Origin: an uncultured Rickettsiales bacterium
Lineage (GTDB): Bacteria; Myxococcota_A; UBA796; UBA9615; CAYRNR01
Reading direction: 5' to 3'
NCBI GenBank assembly: GCA_964639985.1
Contig: CAZXHG010000011.1
Coordinates: forward strand, 7,871 to 71,870
DNA length: 64,000 nt
The first letter of the stretch is position 1, and every line of letters begins with the position of its first letter. Of this stretch, positions 1 through 9,828 are shown piece after piece. The notes under the pieces were generated by a model. The model saw nothing but the letters and a program-made list of their open reading frames with translations, searched no databases and had not been told where the DNA came from. A program made the position numbers and the translations under genes.

Positions 1-33
1 TTGTTCTTCACGCTTCGTGGTCCGGGTTCCAGG

Positions 34-1908
34 TTACCAGGGTCGTCCGTGGTTGTGGACCGCCCCCCCCTGGGCCAGGGCCACGGCCTGTTCGGTGATC
101 GTGCGCCACCGTTCGATGCGTTGCTCGACCGCGGCCTCGAGCGCGGGGCGCCTGTGGAACGAGAAACCGCAGATCCGCGAAGGGGTCAGCTTGCGGCCAT
201 AGGAGAAGCGCCATCGCTCCAGCCGCAGCGTTGCCGCGCACACGAACAGCGCGGCCAGGGGCAGGTCGGTCCGGGGGAGCAGCACCAGGCAGTCGTCGTT
301 GACGCCACAGGGCTCGCACTGCACGAACGACTCGCCGATGCTGCCCGTCTGGGCGGTGGTCACGAACGGCGGCCGTAGCAGCGCGTCGAAGTACAGCCAG
401 CCATAGCAGCCGTTGTACTGCTCGGTGGGAGAGACCACCAGGGTGTCACCGGGGGGGATCCCATCGCGGCTGTGCAGCTCCTTCTGGCCGTAGAGGATGC
501 GGAACGACGCACCGATGGTGCCGGGCTCGGCCGGGAGGGCGTCGGCGTTGCGTAGCCGCGCGGGGCTCGCGAGCTGCTCGTAGGGTCGTGGCTGCAGTCC
601 ACCCTCCCGCACGCGACGACGCTGGTTGGCCACGCGGCCCGGGTAGCGGGTGTAGAACGAGGCGAAGCGGCACAGCAGCTCGTCCACGCTGCCCATCAGC
701 TCGTCGTCCGTGGGGTCGGCCAGGGGGATGAACGCGCCCGGCGACCACTCGTCGCCGGGGTGCAGCTCCGCGCTCGCCGAGAAGCCGGGGCTGGTCCGCT
801 GATCCAGCACCGCCTGTACCGCCGAGGCGGTCTGATCGAGGCCGTCGGCTCGCGGCACGCGGACGCCCTTCTTCAGCACCATCCCGTCGTGGCGTAGTCG
901 CACGAACACCGTCCGCCGCGTTGGGTCGTGGGGCACGCCCTTGCGCAGCAGCGCGATGGATGTCGTGGCGCTGGCCCAGGGCTGGAACAGCTCGTCGGGC
1001 AGCTGGATCACCGCGGCCAGGCTGTGGTCGGCCAGGATACGGCCCCGCCAGGGCGAGGTGGCGCGCTTGACCAGCACCGAGGTGGGCAGGATCACGGCCA
1101 GCCGACCGCCGGGGACGAGCGCCTCGAGCGCGCGCTCCACGAACCGCTCGGGTGGCACGTCGGTGTGCTTGTGGGGGAACGGGGGGTTCATCAGCGCCAC
1201 GTGGCAGGCGCCGGTGGGGTAGTCGCTGGCGTCGAGCACGTCGGCACGGCGGATCCCGGCGCGGCCGTCTCCGCGCAGGATCATGTTGGCCACGCACAGG
1301 GCTGCGGTCACCGGTTCGGACTCGTAGCCCACCAGCCGGCCGCGCCCGGCCGCGCGCCGGAGGCAGGCCACCAGGAACCCGCCGGTGCCGCAGGCGGGAT
1401 CGATGACCACGTCGTCGTGCCTGACCTGGCACAGGTCGGCCATCAGCCGGGTGATGTGGCGCGGCGTGAAGTACTGGCCGATGGTGTTGCCGCCGGTGTA
1501 ACGGAAGAACGTCTCGTACAGCTGACCCAGGTGGTCGTGGTCGACGTGGGCGGTGGTCACGTCGAGCTGCTCGAGAAGGGCGATGATCCGCGGCGCCTCG
1601 CGGGCCAGGCGCGCGTTGTCGTCGTCGATGTGCAGGACGCCCGCCAGGTCGGTCTGGCCCGCGTCGCGGAATGCGGCCGCGCAGGCACGGTTGATGTCCG
1701 TCAGGACAAACGGGGCGTCCGCGCGGATCCGGCCGCGAGCGTGCCACAGCGCCAGCATCATCGCGCCGATGTGGGCCGGCCGATACTCGTCCTTGATCGC
1801 GGCCTCGCGCAGGATGCGGTTGACCTCGGTCGCGGCTGCGGCCAGCTCTGCGGGATCGTGTGCCGTCTCGAGATCCGGTGGGTCGGTGCGGTCGTTCGGA
1901 GTGGCCAT
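34..1908 (-). CDS. gamma-class N6-adenine DNA methyltransferase (HsdM/Eco57I-like) with C-terminal putative target-recognition region
   Basis: 624-aa ORF; motif I DPACGTGGFL precedes motif IV NPPF, the gamma-class order; ATG at 1906-1908; ~290-aa C-terminal extension of unknown fold. Confidence 0.7.
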   Translation of the reverse strand: MATPNDRTDPPDLETAHDPAELAAAATEVNRILREAAIKDEYRPAHIGAMMLALWHARGRIRADAPFVLTDINRACAAAFRDAGQTDLAGVLHIDDDNARLAREAPRIIALLEQLDVTTAHVDHDHLGQLYETFFRYTGGNTIGQYFTPRHITRLMADLCQVRHDDVVIDPACGTGGFLVACLRRAAGRGRLVGYESEPVTAALCVANMILRGDGRAGIRRADVLDASDYPTGACHVALMNPPFPHKHTDVPPERFVERALEALVPGGRLAVILPTSVLVKRATSPWRGRILADHSLAAVIQLPDELFQPWASATTSIALLRKGVPHDPTRRTVFVRLRHDGMVLKKGVRVPRADGLDQTASAVQAVLDQRTSPGFSASAELHPGDEWSPGAFIPLADPTDDELMGSVDELLCRFASFYTRYPGRVANQRRRVREGGLQPRPYEQLASPARLRNADALPAEPGTIGASFRILYGQKELHSRDGIPPGDTLVVSPTEQYNGCYGWLYFDALLRPPFVTTAQTGSIGESFVQCEPCGVNDDCLVLLPRTDLPLAALFVCAATLRLERWRFSYGRKLTPSRICGFSFHRRPALEAAVEQRIERWRTITEQAVALAQGGAVHNHGRPW

Positions 1909-1930
1909 GGTCAGGCTGCCGTGCGTGGCC

Positions 1931-3613
1931 TCACTCGTCCTCTTCGTCCGACTCGGGGGGCACCGGGCGGGGGCCGCCGGCGAGTCGTCGCTCGAAGCCG
2001 TGCCGTGGATCGGCCTCGTCCTCCTCGGCGGTGAGGATCTTGAGCTTCTCGCCCTCGAGCCGCGCCATGAATGCCGTGCACGTGCTGTCCCCTGTGAGGT
2101 TGGTGGCCGTACGGAACATGTCCAGCAGGCGGTCTACGCCCAGCACCAGGGCGATGCCCTCGGTGGGTACGCCGACCGCGGTCAGCACCATCGCCAGGGT
2201 GATCATGCCGGCCCCTGGCACTCCCGCTGCGCCGACCGAGGCGAGGGTGGCAGAGATGATGATCGTGACCTGGTCGGCCACGCCCAGGTCCATGCCATAG
2301 ATCTGCGCGATGAAGATCGCGGCCACCCCCTGGTACAGGGCCGTGCCGTCCATGTTGATGGTGGCGCCCAGCGGCAGTACGAAGCTGCTGACCTCGGGGC
2401 TGACGTTGAGGTTGTCCTCCACGCATTCCTTGGTCACCGGCAGGGTGGCCGACGACGACGATGTGGAGAAGCCAAGCAACATGGCCGGGCGGATCGCCTT
2501 GAGGAACGGGATGAACGGCAGGCCCGCGCCGAAGCGCACGACCGAGCCATAGGTCAACGTCAGGTGCAGCGCCAGCCCGGCCAGCACGACCAGGCCGTAC
2601 ACGCCCAGCGCCAGCAGCACCGATGGTCCGGTGGAGCCCACCACCTTGAACAGCAGCGCGGCCACGCCGTACGGCGCGAGCTTCATCACGATGTGGACCA
2701 GCATCACCATGGCCTCGTTGAGGCGGTCGAACAGGTCCACCACGGGCTTGGACTTGCGCTCCTTCATGAACGTCAGCGCGATGCCCAGCATGAGCGCGAA
2801 GAAGATGATCTGCAGCATGTCGCCGCCGGCCAGCGCCTCGACTGGATTGTCCGGGACGATCGCCAGCATCTGGTCGACGAAGGTCGGCGACTCGGCCGCC
2901 TGCTCGATGGTGTCCCCGGCCGCGGTCTGGTAGTTGGCCAGCAGCGAGGCGCGGTCCTCGTCCGACATCAGCTTGCCGGGCTTGACGATGTTGGCCAGGC
3001 CCACGCCGATGATCAGGGCCATGGCCGTGGTGGCTACGAAGAAGCCGACGGTGCGTGCGCCGATGCGGCCGAGCTTGCGGAAGTCGCCCAGGGAGGCCAC
3101 GCCCACGCACAGGGAGAAGAACACCAGCGGCACCACGATCATCTTGATCAGCGCCAGGAACAGCAGGCCGATCCACTCGGTGGCGTTGACCAGGCCCAGG
3201 CCGATGGGAGCGTAGCGCTTGACCTCGGGCACGGTCTCGGCGACCCACCCCTCGAGCTGTTGATCCGGTGCGACGCTGTCGGCCTCCTTCAACCCGAGCT
3301 TCTTCAGCCGGAGCAGGTCGCCGGTGGAGGGGGTCCAGCGGACCTTCAACCAGGTGGGATCACCGGTGCCGGAGTCACCCGGCTGCTCCTCCACGACGCG
3401 CATCCGGCGGACCCCGAAGCCCAGCGGCATGGGATCACCGCCGGGCGTGGTCAGAACCCGGGCGTCGTCCGCGGTCAGGTCGTCGATCGAATCGATCTCG
3501 GGGTGGACCAGCTCCACGCCGTCGTCGGGAAGCAGGAAGGAGTTGGGCCCGACCAGGAAGCCCAGCACCACCCCGACGGCCATGCCGATCAGGATCTTGG
3601 TGTACAGCTGCAT
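1931..3613 (-). CDS. dicarboxylate/amino acid:cation symporter (DAACS, GltP/DctA family)
   Basis: 560 aa; conserved LIKMIVVPLVF and SSSSATLP hairpin motifs; multiple TM segments; ~100-aa insertion after TM1. Confidence 0.85.
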   Translation of the reverse strand: MQLYTKILIGMAVGVVLGFLVGPNSFLLPDDGVELVHPEIDSIDDLTADDARVLTTPGGDPMPLGFGVRRMRVVEEQPGDSGTGDPTWLKVRWTPSTGDLLRLKKLGLKEADSVAPDQQLEGWVAETVPEVKRYAPIGLGLVNATEWIGLLFLALIKMIVVPLVFFSLCVGVASLGDFRKLGRIGARTVGFFVATTAMALIIGVGLANIVKPGKLMSDEDRASLLANYQTAAGDTIEQAAESPTFVDQMLAIVPDNPVEALAGGDMLQIIFFALMLGIALTFMKERKSKPVVDLFDRLNEAMVMLVHIVMKLAPYGVAALLFKVVGSTGPSVLLALGVYGLVVLAGLALHLTLTYGSVVRFGAGLPFIPFLKAIRPAMLLGFSTSSSSATLPVTKECVEDNLNVSPEVSSFVLPLGATINMDGTALYQGVAAIFIAQIYGMDLGVADQVTIIISATLASVGAAGVPGAGMITLAMVLTAVGVPTEGIALVLGVDRLLDMFRTATNLTGDSTCTAFMARLEGEKLKILTAEEDEADPRHGFERRLAGGPRPVPPESDEEDE

Positions 3614-3644
3614 GGAATCTCCGGGGCCATGTTACCCCGTTTGG

Positions 3645-5585
3645 TCAATCCGTTTTCATGGGCCAGGACACGATGCCTGCGCGGCGGATGTCCGTGAACA
3701 TCAGCCGCTCCTCCCAGCGGGGCAGCCAGAGGAATTCCGGGGCCTGTGCGCCGCTGGTGATCTCGGTGGGCAGTACCGAGAAGATGGCGCCGTCGTCGTC
3801 CAGCAGCAGCACGGACGCGTCCTCGCCGCGCCAGGCCATCCAGATCCCGTCGAAGCGCGCGATGGCGAACGTCCACGCGCGATCCTCGTCCTCGCGCCGC
3901 ACCAGCGTGGACGGATCGATTGCATACGGGCCCACGTACAGCACGCTGCCGTCGTCGGCCAGCGCTGAATAGCGCAGGCGGGTCTCCTGCGGGATCAGCC
4001 CTGCCACGGGCGAGGCCGTGGCGGTCACCGCCGACGAGTCGAGATCGATGCGGTTGACGCGGCCGTCCGCGCTGCGCACCACCCACACCCCGTCCTCGCC
4101 TACCAGGACCTCGAGGCGGCCGGACTCGTCCTTGTCGAGCACGTCTCCGCCCAGGTCCCAGGTGTTCGTGACCGAGCCGTCGGACGGGTCCACCTCGACC
4201 AGCAGGTCGTCTCCGCCGTGGGTCAGCAGCAGCGTGCCGCGGTCCGCGTGGGCCACCATGTCCGACAGGGTCAACGTGACGTTCACCGACAGGCCCAGAT
4301 CGTGCTCGGCCAGGGGCTCGAGGGAGTCGAGATCCAGCTCGTGGAGGTGGGCATTCAGCTGGTCCAGCACCCACAGACGCCCATCGAGGATGGTCGGCAC
4401 CACCGGCCAGTCGAAGGTGACGTCGGCGTGCACCTGCTCCTCGCTCTCGAGGTCGATCCACATCAGGGTGCCGGACAGACGGCCGCTGATGTAGATGCGG
4501 GAGGGCTGGTCAGGGTGGGAGGCCATGGACTCCACGTGCACGCCCATGGGCACGCGGTGGACGATCGCGCCGTCGTCCGGGTCCACGGCCCACAGGTCCG
4601 ACGTCCCCTCGGAGTTCATCCACACCAGGCCGGTCTGCTCGTCGATTCCGCCGAATCCGCTGTTCTTGCCCGTGGGCCAGATATCACCCACCAGCTCGAG
4701 ATCCGCGTCGTAGCGCCGCATCACGCCGCGGTTGGGCTCGTCCGGGCCGATCCGGTCGAGCACCACGAACTCGTCGCCGATGGCGGCCACGTCCCAGTTC
4801 TCGTTGCCCTCCACCCGCTCGTGCGCTTCGTCTGCGTCCACGTCGATCAGACCCACCGAGGTGGTCGAGGACAGGGCGAAGTCGCCGGTGCCGAGGGTGA
4901 CGAGGGTGTTGCCCGTGAGGTGGCCGGTGAACGGCGCAGGGTGTGACTGCAGGATCGACAGGTCCTCGGTGCTGCGCAGGTCGATGCGGTCGCAGTCCAT
5001 GAGCACGGCCACGGTGGTGTCGTCCACGCGCTCCAGCTGCACGGGCTGGTTGGCCAGGTCCTCCTGCAGCTCCACCTCGTCCTGTCCGTTCAACACCTGC
5101 AGCGTGTACGGGCCCCCTGCCTGGCCACCGGCCAGCAGCACGCGGTCGTCGTCCAGCCGCAGCAGGTCGTAGGCCTCGACCATGCCGGTGTCGATGGCCT
5201 GCATGTAGCCGTTGTCGGGGTACACGTGTAGCAACGGTGGCGCACCGGCCCGCAGGACCCACAGGTCGTCCGGGCCGTCTCCCACGATCCGTGTGGCCGC
5301 GTTGGGGGACTCGTAGCGGGGCAGGACTCGCACCAGCTCGGCGGTGTCGAGGTCGACCTCGGCGATGCTGCCCAGCAGGCGCGACACGCACCAGGCGCGG
5401 CGACCGTCACTGTCCACGTCGACGTACAGCGGCAACAGGTGGTTCTCGGTGGCCTCGTCCAGCAGCGCGAATTCGTACGACTCGGGCTTGTCCGGCGGGA
5501 TCAGGGGGGTGTCCGGCTCCTCGCCGTCGCAGGCCAGCAGGGCGGTCGGCAGCACCAGCAGCAGGGATCGCAACAGGGATCGCAT
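3645..5585 (-). CDS. lipoprotein, repeat-rich (beta-propeller-like) hypothetical
   Basis: ATG giving MRSLLRSLLLVLPTALLAC lipobox signal; an upstream GTG at 5597 is an alternative start; ~640 aa acidic repetitive protein. Confidence 0.6.
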   Translation of the reverse strand: MRSLLRSLLLVLPTALLACDGEEPDTPLIPPDKPESYEFALLDEATENHLLPLYVDVDSDGRRAWCVSRLLGSIAEVDLDTAELVRVLPRYESPNAATRIVGDGPDDLWVLRAGAPPLLHVYPDNGYMQAIDTGMVEAYDLLRLDDDRVLLAGGQAGGPYTLQVLNGQDEVELQEDLANQPVQLERVDDTTVAVLMDCDRIDLRSTEDLSILQSHPAPFTGHLTGNTLVTLGTGDFALSSTTSVGLIDVDADEAHERVEGNENWDVAAIGDEFVVLDRIGPDEPNRGVMRRYDADLELVGDIWPTGKNSGFGGIDEQTGLVWMNSEGTSDLWAVDPDDGAIVHRVPMGVHVESMASHPDQPSRIYISGRLSGTLMWIDLESEEQVHADVTFDWPVVPTILDGRLWVLDQLNAHLHELDLDSLEPLAEHDLGLSVNVTLTLSDMVAHADRGTLLLTHGGDDLLVEVDPSDGSVTNTWDLGGDVLDKDESGRLEVLVGEDGVWVVRSADGRVNRIDLDSSAVTATASPVAGLIPQETRLRYSALADDGSVLYVGPYAIDPSTLVRREDEDRAWTFAIARFDGIWMAWRGEDASVLLLDDDGAIFSVLPTEITSGAQAPEFLWLPRWEERLMFTDIRRAGIVSWPMKTD

Positions 5586-5617
5586 GGTCGGGCCCACTCT
5601 ACCATCCGCAGGCGGGA

Positions 5618-6841
5618 TCAGAGCATGGTCTGGGTCATGTCGGGCACGGCGTCGCCCTCTGCGGGCAGGGTGAAGAAGAACGTCGTGCCCTGACCGGGCT
5701 CGGACTCCACCCAGATGGAGCCGCCGTGCTGCTCGACGATCTTCTTGGCGATGGTCAGGCCGATGCCCGTGCCCGGGTACTCGTCGCGGCTGTGCAGCCG
5801 CTGGAAGATCTGGAAGATGCGGTCCGTGGCCTCGGGGTTCATGCCGATGCCGTTGTCCGCCACGCTGAAGGTCCAGGTCTCGTCATCGGTGGTCACCCCT
5901 ACGTGCACCACAGGGGGGGCGTCACCGCGGAACTTGATCGCGTTGGCCACGAGGTTCTGGATCAGCTGCACCAGCTGGCTGCGGTTGCCCACCACGATGG
6001 GCAGCCGGTCCCGGTCCACCCGGGCGTCGCTCTCCTGGATGGCCACCACCAGGTTGGCGGTCACCTGGTCGACCACGGCGCCGAGGTCGACCGCGTCCAG
6101 GGACAGCCCGCCCTGGCCCAGCCGGCAGTAGGCCAGCAGGTCGTCGAGCAGCTGCTTCATGCGCTCCGCGCCATCGAGGGCGAACCCGACGAACAGCTCG
6201 CCGTCCTCGTCCAGTTCGCCGTCGAAGCGCTCCGACAGCAGGCGCAGGTAGCTGGTGACCATGCGCAACGGTTCCTGCAGGTCGTGGGAGGCGGCGAAGG
6301 CGAACTGCTCGAGATCGGCGTTGGCCCGTCGCAGCTCCGAGGCCTGTTGCTCGAGCTCCTTGCTGCGCTCCTTCTCCCAGCGGAGCCGCTCCTCGATGAG
6401 CATGCGCTGGTACTCGCGCTCGCGGCCGATCTCGTCCAACGCGGTGAACTGCAGCACGGTCTGGCGGCCGATGCGCAGCCTCGCCGTGGGCGGAAGCTGG
6501 ACCCGCTGGCGTACCTGGTTGCCGTCGAGGAACGAGCCGTTGGAGCTGCCGAGGTCGCGGAACCAGAACATGCCGTTGTGCATGCGCAGGGAGGCGTGGG
6601 CCCGGGAGATGGTGCTGTCGGCGAACACGAAGTCCGCCTCGTCGCCGCGACCGAGGATCCCGCCGGCGCCGCCCACGTAGATCACCCGTCCGACCTCGGG
6701 CCCGCTCATCACCGTCAGCGTCGCGCCGACGGTCTCGTGGGCTGCCCGTTCGCCGCTCTCGGCGACCTCGCGGTTCTCGACGGACGTCTCCTCTTCGCGG
6801 AGGTCCTTGAACCGGGTCTTCCAGCGTACCCGATCGGTCAT
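5618..6841 (-). CDS. FHA-domain sensor histidine kinase (FHA-HisKA-HATPase_c)
   Basis: N-terminal FHA fold (GRxxxxDxxxxDxxISRxHA); H-box FAASHDLQEPLR; G-boxes; alternative GTG start at 6862. Confidence 0.8.
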   Translation of the reverse strand: MTDRVRWKTRFKDLREEETSVENREVAESGERAAHETVGATLTVMSGPEVGRVIYVGGAGGILGRGDEADFVFADSTISRAHASLRMHNGMFWFRDLGSSNGSFLDGNQVRQRVQLPPTARLRIGRQTVLQFTALDEIGREREYQRMLIEERLRWEKERSKELEQQASELRRANADLEQFAFAASHDLQEPLRMVTSYLRLLSERFDGELDEDGELFVGFALDGAERMKQLLDDLLAYCRLGQGGLSLDAVDLGAVVDQVTANLVVAIQESDARVDRDRLPIVVGNRSQLVQLIQNLVANAIKFRGDAPPVVHVGVTTDDETWTFSVADNGIGMNPEATDRIFQIFQRLHSRDEYPGTGIGLTIAKKIVEQHGGSIWVESEPGQGTTFFFTLPAEGDAVPDMTQTML

Positions 6842-6872
6842 GGCCTCTCTCCCGCGACGCACATTCTAGGCC

Positions 6873-6897
6873 ATCTCCGGCGGATTTGTCTCCGGAG
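6873..6897. promoter_or_regulatory. inverted repeat TCTCCGG-N11-CCGGAGA in the divergent FHA-kinase/decarboxylase intergenic region
   Basis: 7-bp perfect inverted repeat read directly in the 244-bp divergent spacer. Confidence 0.25.
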
Positions 6898-7105
6898 AGG
6901 CGAATCTCGGGGCCAAGCGGCGGAGGGCGGTGAACAGCCGCTCGAAGTCGGGCTGTGAGATGAGCTGGCGGTGCTCCACGGCCAGGACCGGCGTGGTACA
7001 GGTGGATCGCGCACAATGGGGCGGGTTTCGACACACCGGCCTCCCGGTTCGACGGTAGCGCCGTCGCAGCGGGGGGGACACCCCTTCGGACCGGGAGGTG
7101 CACGG

Positions 7106-8524
7106 ATGAGCGACGGCTACCACATGACCCCCGACCAGTTCCGCCAGCTCGGGCGGACCATGGTGGACGTGGTCGCGGACTACATGGAGCAGGTCGAGCA
7201 CTTCCCGGTGCAGTCGCCCGTGGAGCCGGGCTCGGTGCGCGCGGCGCTGCCGGACGGGCCCCCGACCGTCGGCGAGTCCTTCGACGCGGTGTTGCGTGAC
7301 GTGGCCGAGGTGATCATGCCCGGCCTGACCCACTGGCAGTCCCCCAACTTCTTCGCCTATTTCCCGGCGAACACGTCCGGACCGTCGATCCTGGGCGACC
7401 TGCTGTGCGCAGGCCTGGGGGTCCAGGGCATGCTCTGGTCGACGAGCCCGGCGGCCACTGAGCTGGAGACGCACGTGCTGGACTGGCTGGTGGAGATGCT
7501 GGATCTGCCGGCGAAATTCCTCTCCAGCGGCGCTGGAGGCGGCGTGATCCAGGACACGGCGTCGAGCGCGACGCTGTGCGCGCTTCTCACGGCCCGGGAA
7601 GGTGCCACCCGTTTTTCCGGGACCTCGGATCTCGTGGTCTATGCGTCGGCCGAGGCCCACTCCTCGGTGGACAAGGCGGTCCGGATTGCGGGGCTGGGGG
7701 AGGAGCAACTCCGTCGCATCCCGGTGGATTCGCGGCTGGCCATGCGTTCCGATGCCCTGGCCAAGGCCATGCGCGATGACGTGGATGCGGGGCGCACGCC
7801 GTGTTTCTGTGTGGCCACGGTCGGGACGACGTCTACCCACGCCCTCGATCCGGTGGCCGAGATCGGCGAGGAGTGCGAGCGCCACGGTGTGTGGTTGCAT
7901 GTGGACGCAGCCATGGCGGGTACGGCCGCGCTGTGTCCCGAGTTGAGGTTCGTCCACCAGGGGCTCGAGCTCGCGGACAGCTACTGCTTCAACCCGCACA
8001 AGTGGATGTTCACCGGGTTCGACTGCGATTGTTTCTACGTGGCCGACCGGGCGGCGCTGATCCGGACCCTGAGTGTGCTCCCGGAGTACCTGCGCAACCG
8101 TGCGACGGAGTCGGGAGCCGTGATCGACTACCGGGACTGGCACATCCCGCTGGGCCGGCGGTTCCGGGCGCTCAAGCTGTGGTTCGTGATTCGCCACTAC
8201 GGGGTCGAGGGGTTGCGGTTCCACGTCAGGCGCCATGTGGAGCTCGCCCGGGATTTCGCCGCCTGGGTCGACGAGGATCCCCGATTCGAGCTGGAGGGCG
8301 AGCCCCCGTTGAATCTCGTCTGCTTCCGCGCGTCAGGCGGCGACGAGCTGAACCAGCGCCTGCTCGATGCCCTGAATGCCTCGGGCAGGTTGTTCCTGAC
8401 ACATACCCGGGTCGGGGGAGCGCTGACGTTGCGGCTGTGCGTTGGCCAGACGAACACGACGCTGCGCCATGTCCGGGCCGCCTGGGACCTCGTCCGGGAC
8501 ACGACCCATGAGCTGACTCGATGA
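7106..8524 (+). CDS. PLP-dependent aromatic-L-amino-acid decarboxylase (group II)
   Basis: SxNPHKW PLP-lysine motif; full-length DDC/TyrDC-like fold; ATG at 7106 preceded by GGGAGG. Confidence 0.85.
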   Translation: MSDGYHMTPDQFRQLGRTMVDVVADYMEQVEHFPVQSPVEPGSVRAALPDGPPTVGESFDAVLRDVAEVIMPGLTHWQSPNFFAYFPANTSGPSILGDLLCAGLGVQGMLWSTSPAATELETHVLDWLVEMLDLPAKFLSSGAGGGVIQDTASSATLCALLTAREGATRFSGTSDLVVYASAEAHSSVDKAVRIAGLGEEQLRRIPVDSRLAMRSDALAKAMRDDVDAGRTPCFCVATVGTTSTHALDPVAEIGEECERHGVWLHVDAAMAGTAALCPELRFVHQGLELADSYCFNPHKWMFTGFDCDCFYVADRAALIRTLSVLPEYLRNRATESGAVIDYRDWHIPLGRRFRALKLWFVIRHYGVEGLRFHVRRHVELARDFAAWVDEDPRFELEGEPPLNLVCFRASGGDELNQRLLDALNASGRLFLTHTRVGGALTLRLCVGQTNTTLRHVRAAWDLVRDTTHELTR

Positions 8525-9828
8525 GACTGTTGCTAGTCAATCCTGCACGTGTCGGCCGGGGCCAGTCCTCGGTACGGTTCGTCGACGCAACGCCGCTGGC
8601 GCTGCCCACGTTGCATGCGCTCACACCGGACGACGTGGACGTGCGTGTCGTCGACGAAGGGCACACCCGCATCCCGTTCGACGAGCCCTGGGATCTCGTC
8701 GGTATCACCACCATGCTGCACGTGTGGCCTCAGGCCAGGAGCATTGCAGCCAGGTTTCGCGAGCGGGGCGTGCCCGTGGTGCTGGGCGGCATGTTTCCGT
8801 CCCTCTGGACCGAGCAGGTGACCGATCACGTGGATGCGGTCGTCGCCGGTGAGGCCGAGGCCGTCTGGGGTGACGTCGTCCGCGACGCCGAGCGCGGGAG
8901 GTTGCAGTCCCTGTACCGCTGTGAGCACCGCGTGGACATGGCCGACGTGCCCTTCATCCCGCCGGAGTGCTTTCCCCACGACGATCCCTACTTCAGCATC
9001 GAGAGCACGCGGGGCTGTCCCTACGCCTGTGATCACTGCACGGTCACGGCCCTGTACGGCGCCAGCTTCCGGCACCGACCCATCGATCACGTGGTGCGGC
9101 AGCTGGACGCATTCGAGGGGCGCTGGATCTCCTTCGTGGACGACAACATCACCGGTCATCCGCGGTACGCCCGCGAGCTGTTCACGGAGATGATCCCGTT
9201 GCGACGCAAGTGGAATGGTCAGTTCTCACTGCACTATGCGCAGGACCGAGCGTTGATCGAACTCGCGGCCGAGAGTGGGTGTCAGATGCTGTTCACCGGC
9301 ATCGAGTCGCTGAACGTCGACAACCTCCGAGCCGTCAACAAGCGGGGGGCTGACCCGGGACGGTACGCAGATTGGATCCGGACCGTGCACGATGCGGGCA
9401 TCGCGGTCTACGCGTCATTCATGTTCGGGTTCGAGCAGGACGACCCGGATGTGTTCCGCCGCACGCTGGATTTCTGCGAGGACAACGAGATCGAGCTGGC
9501 CCTGTTCTCCTCGGTCGTCACCTATGAGGGGGGAGATTTCCACCGTCAGCTGGTCGAGGAGGGGCGCCTGTTCGAGACCGATCAGGCCCGGTTCAATGGC
9601 CAGTACGCGACCTATCACCCTCGCAACATGACCGCGACCCAGCTGGAGGAGGGGCTGCGGTGGTCGTGGCGCAGGTTCTACTCACGTGACAGCATCCGCT
9701 CGCGACTGGCCCGCGTGCTGGGCCAGGAGAAGGCCGTGGCGACCGTCGACCGTGTGGGTGGTCTCAGTCGAGGTGAGGTGCTGCTGGCGCTGAACGCGGC
9801 ATTTCGGCGGGCAGCCGAGAGGTTCTGA
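8521..9828 (+). CDS. B12-binding (class B) radical SAM enzyme
   Basis: CPYACDHC CxxxCxxC cluster after an N-terminal Rossmann-like B12-binding region; ATGA start/stop overlap with the decarboxylase. Confidence 0.85.
   Translation: MRLLLVNPARVGRGQSSVRFVDATPLALPTLHALTPDDVDVRVVDEGHTRIPFDEPWDLVGITTMLHVWPQARSIAARFRERGVPVVLGGMFPSLWTEQVTDHVDAVVAGEAEAVWGDVVRDAERGRLQSLYRCEHRVDMADVPFIPPECFPHDDPYFSIESTRGCPYACDHCTVTALYGASFRHRPIDHVVRQLDAFEGRWISFVDDNITGHPRYARELFTEMIPLRRKWNGQFSLHYAQDRALIELAAESGCQMLFTGIESLNVDNLRAVNKRGADPGRYADWIRTVHDAGIAVYASFMFGFEQDDPDVFRRTLDFCEDNEIELALFSSVVTYEGGDFHRQLVEEGRLFETDQARFNGQYATYHPRNMTATQLEEGLRWSWRRFYSRDSIRSRLARVLGQEKAVATVDRVGGLSRGEVLLALNAAFRRAAERF

Noticed and set aside
446-1747. 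433-aa Arg/Pro/Gly-rich ORF on the minus strand (and the similar 928-2034 plus-strand ORF)
   Set aside because: It is an out-of-frame or antisense overlap of the methyltransferase gene. The low-complexity RPRG composition is the usual shadow-ORF pattern in ~70% GC DNA, and it has no motifs.
1553-3697. 714-aa plus-strand ORF
   Set aside because: Antisense to the GltP symporter. It has a poly-Gly/Arg/His composition and no domain signatures.
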